NCBI GenBank assembly: GCA_049323875.1
Contig: JBMOLW010000030.1
Location: 79,500-143,499 of the forward strand
Source: Nitrospirota bacterium
Lineage (GTDB): Bacteria > Nitrospirota > Thermodesulfovibrionia > Thermodesulfovibrionales > SM23-35
Direction of reading: 5' to 3'
Length of the DNA: 64,000 bases
Made by a program: the position numbers and the translations under genes. The notes beneath the pieces were generated by a model that was not told where the DNA came from, did no database searches, and saw only the letters and a program-made list of their open reading frames with translations. Below are positions 59,328 through 64,000 of this stretch, one piece after another. Every line of letters starts with the position of its first letter. The stretch's first letter is position 1.

Positions 59328-60326
59328 TTACCTCCTTAGCTTGAACTCCTCGATAATTTTCTGTTCTATTTCCCGGGCTATCTCACTGTTCTGCTTCAGA
59401 AACTCCCTGGCGTTTTCGCGGCCCTGACCGATCCTGTTCCCCCCATAACTGTACCAGGACCCGGATTTTTCTATAATCCCTTTTTCAGATCCCAGGTCTA
59501 CCAGTTCGCCGGCCCGTGAAATTCCTTCGTTGAAATAGATATCAAACTCAGCCTGCCTGAAAGGAGGAGCTACCTTGTTCTTGACAACTTTTACCCTGAC
59601 CCTGCCGCCGATAGCTTCCTGGTTTTCCTTAATATTTTCGATCCTCCGGATATCGAGCCTCATGGAGGAATAAAACTTGAGGGCTGTACCGCCGGTGGTG
59701 GTCTCCGGATTTCCGAACATGACCCCGATCTTTATCCGTATCTGATTGATGAAGATGACGGTCGTATGGGATTTTGAGATCGCGGCAGTGAGCTTTCGCA
59801 GTGCCTGGCTCATAAGTCTGGCCTGGAGGCCGGGGAGTGAATCTCCCATATCGCCTTCTATTTCCGCTTTCGGGACCAGTGCGGCAACTGAGTCTATGAC
59901 CACGATGTCTACTGCTCCGCTCCGCACCAGGACTTCAGCGACTTCAAGCGCCTGTTCCCCGGTGTCCGGCTGGGAGACGAGGAGCTCATCGATATTCACT
60001 CCGAGCTTCTGCGCATAGATAACATCAAGGGCGTGTTCTGCGTCGATGAACGCGGCAGTCCCGCCTGCTTTTTGGGCCTGAGCAAGGGCATTTAACGCAA
60101 GGGTAGTTTTCCCGGAAGATTCAGGCCCGAAAATTTCGACCACTCTCCCTCTGGGAAATCCACCGATCCCTGTTGCAATATCGAGTGATAGTGAACCGGT
60201 CGGGATTGCCTGTATCCCTTCTGCGGCCCCCTCAGAGCCGAGACGCATAATCGCACCCTTGCCAAAACTCTTTTCTATCTGGGTAATGGCAACTTCAAGC
60301 GCCCTGCTTTTGTCCTTGTTCGTCAT
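59328..60326 (-). CDS. recA: Recombinase RecA
   Basis: [13 protein letters not shown]-loop [21 protein letters not shown] and the L1/L2 loop regions. Length 332 aa. Confidence 0.95.
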   Translation of the reverse strand: MTNKDKSRALEVAITQIEKSFGKGAIMRLGSEGAAEGIQAIPTGSLSLDIATGIGGFPRGRVVEIFGPESSGKTTLALNALAQAQKAGGTAAFIDAEHALDVIYAQKLGVNIDELLVSQPDTGEQALEVAEVLVRSGAVDIVVIDSVAALVPKAEIEGDMGDSLPGLQARLMSQALRKLTAAISKSHTTVIFINQIRIKIGVMFGNPETTTGGTALKFYSSMRLDIRRIENIKENQEAIGGRVRVKVVKNKVAPPFRQAEFDIYFNEGISRAGELVDLGSEKGIIEKSGSWYSYGGNRIGQGRENAREFLKQNSEIAREIEQKIIEEFKLRR

Positions 60327-60401
60327 TCTTCCTCCAATCTCAATGGTATTTCACCGTGTTTTTGTAATCTACACTACGCATAAATCTCTTACTCCCTGCG
60401 C

Positions 60402-60411
60402 ACACATGTGT
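60402..60411. promoter_or_regulatory. Perfect 10-bp palindrome ACACATGTGT in the recA upstream region (candidate operator)
   Basis: It is self-complementary and extends to 12 of 14 bp (gcACACATGTGTac). It lies immediately 3' of the thpR stop and about 80 nt upstream of the recA ATG. The loop would be too short for a stable hairpin, so a protein-binding site is more plausible. Confidence 0.25.
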
Positions 60412-60412
60412 A

Positions 60413-60991
60413 CTATGAACTATTCCCGGAACCGAGAGGGATTCCGGAGATGCACGTGTATTCCGGACCCTGAGGTCTCAGTTCGCTTTTCATGAGTTTT
60501 ACCGTATCGACTTGCAGTCTTCCGAATAGTGTCTCCCTGAAAGAATCGAGCTTGAGAAGCGTTGTGATGATTCCCTTTTGAGAGCGAACCCTGCCCAGGG
60601 TGAGATGAGGAGCGAAGTCCCTGTCTTCTTTCTGATAACCGTAAGTCGTCATGGCGTTCTCGATGTCCTGTTTCAGGTTTTTCATGGTTTCTGAATCCTC
60701 TATCCCAGCCCAGATTACCCTCGGATGTTTTCGGTTGGGAAAGACCCCTGTCCCATATATTGTAATACAAAAAGGCGGGCAAGATGATACCACACTCCTT
60801 AAGGAATCCTGAATTCCGTGAATTGCTGTTTCAGCAGTGTTTCCGAGGAATTTGAGCGTGATATGAATGTGTGAGACATCGACCCACTTGATGTCCCCGC
60901 CGCATTTCCTCATGCTGTCAATAACCTGCCTGACCTCTGACTTGACACCGTCAGGGAGGTCAATTGCGATGAAGCACCGCAGATGTTTCAT
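60413..60991 (-). CDS. thpR: RNA 2',3'-cyclic phosphodiesterase (2H family, ThpR/LigT)
   Basis: Two HxTxxF/R motifs, HITLKF and HLTLGR. The N-terminus MKHLRCFIAIDLP is family-typical. The first ATG is 60991; the ORF is open from TTG 61012. Confidence 0.8.
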   Translation of the reverse strand: MKHLRCFIAIDLPDGVKSEVRQVIDSMRKCGGDIKWVDVSHIHITLKFLGNTAETAIHGIQDSLRSVVSSCPPFCITIYGTGVFPNRKHPRVIWAGIEDSETMKNLKQDIENAMTTYGYQKEDRDFAPHLTLGRVRSQKGIITTLLKLDSFRETLFGRLQVDTVKLMKSELRPQGPEYTCISGIPLGSGNSS

Positions 60992-61086
60992 GCCTGTATG
61001 TTCTTTGTTCAATTGTATTTCTCTGGTGACTGTTTCCCCTGTATTCTCTCAGCCACCTCTCTCCCGCTCTCGATCAGGAGCGGGGG

Positions 61087-61539
61087 TCAGAACATCTGGT
61101 TCCCTATCTGGAGGATGATATTTGCATACATGCCCGCGATGATATCGTCGGCCATGATGCCAAGTCCGCCGCTGAATACAGTCTCGAATTTCCTGGCGGG
61201 AAATGGTTTTAGTATATCGAAAATTCGGAATAAAAAAAAGGCTGCAATGCAATACCCGATGCTGAAGGGAACGAAGAATACAGAGATGAGAAATCCGCAT
61301 GCCTCGTCTATGACGATATGTTTGCTGTCTTTTCTGTTCAACGTGCGCTCAGCAGAAGAGGATGCTGTAATTCCCAAAGGGATAAGGAACAGCAGCAGGA
61401 TCCCCTGAATGATGACTGACGGTTCCAGGACAATGTATAAGAGTAAGGCTGCAAGAGAGCCCCATGTCCCCGGAGCAACCGGCAGGTGGCCAATAGGGCC
61501 GAGGGTTGCAATATGTTTGAGGAATGCATCCCGTGTCAA
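61087..61539 (-). CDS. pgpA: Phosphatidylglycerophosphatase A
   Basis: LGPIGHLPVAPGTWGSLAAL and DEACGF...FRIFDILKP...GLGIMADD. It has a TTG start. Confidence 0.8.
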   Translation of the reverse strand: MTRDAFLKHIATLGPIGHLPVAPGTWGSLAALLLYIVLEPSVIIQGILLLFLIPLGITASSSAERTLNRKDSKHIVIDEACGFLISVFFVPFSIGYCIAAFFLFRIFDILKPFPARKFETVFSGGLGIMADDIIAGMYANIILQIGNQMF

Positions 61540-61552
61540 GAAAAATCCCTGC

Positions 61553-61969
61553 TTATTCCTGTATGATTTTGTACGAATATGCTATCTTTGCGGCCCCTTC
61601 AAGTGATGCTTTCACCGAGCAGTATTTTGTCATGGAAAGTTCTATCGCACGTTTAACCGCAGGCTCTTCGATCCGGTTTCCCTTTACGATGAATTCCAGC
61701 GTAATCTCTGTGAATTTTTTCGGATACGTTTCCGCCTTTTTTCCTGAAACATTGATTTCAAGACCAGTTACGTCCTGTTTCTTCTTTTTCAGTATGGAAA
61801 TAACATCCATGCCGGAGCATCCCCCTGCGGCAATAAGGAGAAGTTCCATGGGGCGTGGACCGGTGTCTGTGCCACCGGCTGGTCTGTCTCCGTCCATAAT
61901 CAATGCATGACCGGATTCGGCATCTCCGATAAACTGCAGGTCTTTCACATAGGTAACCTTCGTATTCAT
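61553..61969 (-). CDS. OsmC/Ohr-family peroxiredoxin-like protein
   Basis: GPRPMELLLIAAGGCSGMDVISILKK and MTKYCSVKASL show the two conserved Cys contexts of OsmC-like proteins. Confidence 0.8.
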   Translation of the reverse strand: MNTKVTYVKDLQFIGDAESGHALIMDGDRPAGGTDTGPRPMELLLIAAGGCSGMDVISILKKKKQDVTGLEINVSGKKAETYPKKFTEITLEFIVKGNRIEEPAVKRAIELSMTKYCSVKASLEGAAKIAYSYKIIQE

Positions 61970-62097
61970 ATCAGGACCTCCCGGGAATTTTCCGTTACTT
62001 TATGCAAGCTGTCATGGTTTGTCAAGGGAATATCGTTTACTTACAACATCTTTTATCTTGTAAATGAAAGTGATTTTTGAATACACTATGAAGAGCC

Positions 62098-62685
62098 ATG
62101 GATGGGGTAATTCTGGCAGGCGGGGAAAATACGAGGATGCCTTTTCTCAAGGGATTTCTTGAGTTTGGAGGGAAACAGATCCTTGTATCGAATATTTCAC
62201 TTCTCGGGGGAATTTTCAGAAACACCTTTATCGTAACGAATGAGCCGGCCCGCTATTTCTCTCTTGAAGCACACCTTGTCGGCGACGTCATAAAGGGGAA
62301 AGGACCGCTTGGCGGTATATTGTCTTCGCTGATCCTGCCTGAGGTGTCGGAGGTTTTCGTTACGGCATGCGATATGCCCTTTATAAATGTTATACTTATA
62401 CAATATATGGCCGATAAATGGGATGGAAAAAGTGATGCCCTTGTCCCTCTTTACGGGGGAAGGCCGCAACCGCTTTTTGGCATTTATTCGAAAAAAGTTG
62501 TTACACTGATAGAAAAGTATATTGCAGGCGGAAGGAAGAGTGTGAGGGAATTTCTCGGGAACATACGGGTGCTGTATATCGGGCAGGATGAAGTGGCAGC
62601 AATAGACCCGGAAGGAAGGTCGTTTGTGAATATAAATACCATGGAAGATGTAACCAGAGAGGGGGGTAGAGTATGTTTGGGTTAG
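62098..62685 (+). CDS. mobA: Molybdenum cofactor guanylyltransferase
   Basis: MDGVILAGGENTRM, GPLGGILS and ACDMPF. Confidence 0.8.
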   Translation: MDGVILAGGENTRMPFLKGFLEFGGKQILVSNISLLGGIFRNTFIVTNEPARYFSLEAHLVGDVIKGKGPLGGILSSLILPEVSEVFVTACDMPFINVILIQYMADKWDGKSDALVPLYGGRPQPLFGIYSKKVVTLIEKYIAGGRKSVREFLGNIRVLYIGQDEVAAIDPEGRSFVNINTMEDVTREGGRVCLG

Positions 62686-62882
62686 GAACGCAGGAACTGT
62701 TTATCATAATGATAATCGTTGTTGTCCTCTTCGGGGCAACGCGTCTCCCGCAGATCGGAAGCGGGATAGGAAAGGCGATTTCGAATTTCAAGAAGGGTGT
62801 TCGTGAGGGTGAAGAGATCGACGTGACGCCCGATAAAGAGACGAAAGAGAAGAAAAAAGAAGTAGACAAAGAAGGTGAATAG
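62673..62882 (+). CDS. tatA: Twin-arginine translocase TatA/E-family protein
   Basis: MFGLGTQELFIIMIIVVVLFGATRLPQIGSGIGKAISNFKKG: a TM helix, hinge Gly, an amphipathic helix and an acidic/lysine-rich tail. Confidence 0.85.
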   Translation: MFGLGTQELFIIMIIVVVLFGATRLPQIGSGIGKAISNFKKGVREGEEIDVTPDKETKEKKKEVDKEGE

Positions 62883-63987
62883 AGGAGCTATTGCAGAGAT
62901 CAGTCTTTCTGCGATAGCTCACAATTTTCGAACAGTCAAACAGATGGTGAAAGACCGTCCGGTCATAGCTGTTGTCAAGGCTGACGCGTACGGTCACGGA
63001 GCAGTTGAAGTATCTGCCAGGCTCCTGAAGGAAGGGGCTGAATACCTCGCAGTTGCATACCTCGGTGAAGCTGTCACGTTGCGGGAAGCAGGCATTGAAG
63101 CACCCGTACTCCTGCTTTTTGACAGGCTGCATCTCGATGAATATATCCATTTCAGGCTTACCCCTGTTCTTCATTCAGCTGCCTGCGCCTTTGAACTTTC
63201 ACAAGAAGCAAGCAGGAAAAAGGTCCTCATACCGGTTCATGTCAAAATCGATACCGGTATGGGGCGGCTGGGATTGCACAATACCCATGCCGCATCTGAG
63301 GTGTGCGCCCTTTCCGAACTGCCCGGCATCCGTATTGAAGGGCTGCTCAGCCATTTTTCGGAAGCTGACCTTGCCGACCGGTCTTTTGCAAGAGAGCAAC
63401 TTGCCAGGTTTGCCGCAATACGGGATGCGCTCGCCCGGAAAGTAAACCGGAAGATATTCTCGCATATCGCAAACAGCGCTGCTGTCCTTGGTTTTGAAGA
63501 CGCATATCTGGATGCAGTCCGGCCTGGCATAATGCTTTACGGATATTCACCGTTCGTTGATCAGTCTGCAGGGGTTCGGTTGCTGCCCGCAATGACGCTC
63601 AAGACCAGAATACTTTCTCTGCGGAATCTGCCCGCCGGAACACCGGTCAGTTATGGCAGGACTTTCATAACAAAAAAGCCGGCAAGGATAGGGGTGCTTC
63701 CCCTCGGATATGCAGACGGATATTCACGGTTATTTTCCAACAATGCAGAGGTCATTGTAAACGGGAGGAGGGCGCCGGTAGCAGGAAGGGTCTGCATGGA
63801 TACTACCATGATAGATCTGACAGGAGTAGACGGGGCGGAAGAGGACGATGAGGTTGTGATTCTGGGAAGACAGGGTGATGAGACAGTCACTGCTGACGAA
63901 CTTGCTGAAAAATCCGGTACAATCTCGTATGATATAGTAACTTCTCTGGGAAACAGGTCGCAGCGTTTCTATGTTGAAAATCATTGA
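62875..63987 (+). CDS. alr: Alanine racemase
   Basis: The PLP-lysine motif is AVVKADAYGHGA. Also HVKIDTGMGRLG, SHFSEAD, YGRTF and CMDTTMIDL. The GTG start overlaps the tatA end. Confidence 0.9.
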   Translation: MNRGAIAEISLSAIAHNFRTVKQMVKDRPVIAVVKADAYGHGAVEVSARLLKEGAEYLAVAYLGEAVTLREAGIEAPVLLLFDRLHLDEYIHFRLTPVLHSAACAFELSQEASRKKVLIPVHVKIDTGMGRLGLHNTHAASEVCALSELPGIRIEGLLSHFSEADLADRSFAREQLARFAAIRDALARKVNRKIFSHIANSAAVLGFEDAYLDAVRPGIMLYGYSPFVDQSAGVRLLPAMTLKTRILSLRNLPAGTPVSYGRTFITKKPARIGVLPLGYADGYSRLFSNNAEVIVNGRRAPVAGRVCMDTTMIDLTGVDGAEEDDEVVILGRQGDETVTADELAEKSGTISYDIVTSLGNRSQRFYVENH

Positions 63988-64000
63988 ACTCTTCGGAAAA

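Noticed and set aside
60327-60412. A canonical LexA/SOS box upstream of recA.
   Set aside because: Neither the E. coli-type CTGT-N8-ACAG motif nor the Gram-positive GAAC-N4-GTTC motif is present. The cyanobacterial-type RGTAC-N3-DGTWCB motif fits only one half-site. Only the ACACATGTGT palindrome remains, and I report it separately as a low-confidence candidate.

Overview
This is a 64-kb piece of a bacterial chromosome. The organism is a diderm, because TolC, an OmpA-type lipoprotein, a BamE-like lipoprotein and MlaEFD are encoded. It is probably an anaerobe, given an AOR-family pterin oxidoreductase with a polyferredoxin, a GH57 enzyme and a two-CW-type Cys-rich sensor domain. A Nitrospirota/Desulfobacterota-like origin is only a guess.

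I call about 60 protein genes. They are packed very tightly, with many ATGA-type 4-nt overlaps. I recognise no rRNA or tRNA genes, no CRISPR array, and no transposase, integrase or prophage genes, so this looks like core genome rather than an island.

Gene content from left to right:
- DEAD-box helicase (5' truncated by the window edge), YwbE, a THUMP RNA methyltransferase, an atypical kinase-like protein and a universal stress protein (USP).
- A minus-strand block: PAS-GGDEF, a MidA/DUF185 methyltransferase, AddB-like and AddA-like proteins, PilZ, dtd, GH57, ftsB, lpd and gcvH.
- rsmD-coaD, followed by a tightly coupled set: isochorismatase-like hydrolase, ppsR, ppsA, UPF0146 and a second ppsR.
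- A DUF1622-like membrane protein, a GapN-like aldehyde dehydrogenase (ALDH), TolC, a GAF/PAS histidine kinase, a sigma54-type promoter, a small ORF, a receiver-only regulator and PepF.
- OmpA-like, DUF296, DUF882, rsgA and an M28 peptidase.
- A 16-kb same-strand array: two-CW/PAS/GAF HD-GYP protein, GAF-PP2C phosphatase, RsbW-like kinase, STAS protein, mlaE, mlaF, mlaD, PqiC-like lipoprotein, eno, pgm, polyferredoxin, AOR, pgi and pyk.
- A minus-strand block: alaS, BamE-like, recX, pilT, recA, thpR, pgpA and osmC.
- mobA, tatA and alr.

The leads I consider most interesting:
1. A partner-switching module with no sigma factor, fused to the Mla lipid transporter, with the STAS protein in an MlaB-like position.
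2. An AOR plus polyferredoxin pair embedded in a glycolytic operon, which may be a GAPOR-like bypass. A GapN-like ALDH is encoded elsewhere in the window.
3. A ppsR-ppsA-UPF0146-ppsR' unit whose genes are translationally coupled.
4. pilT inserted between recA and recX.

All family assignments come from motif recognition by eye. No database search was run.
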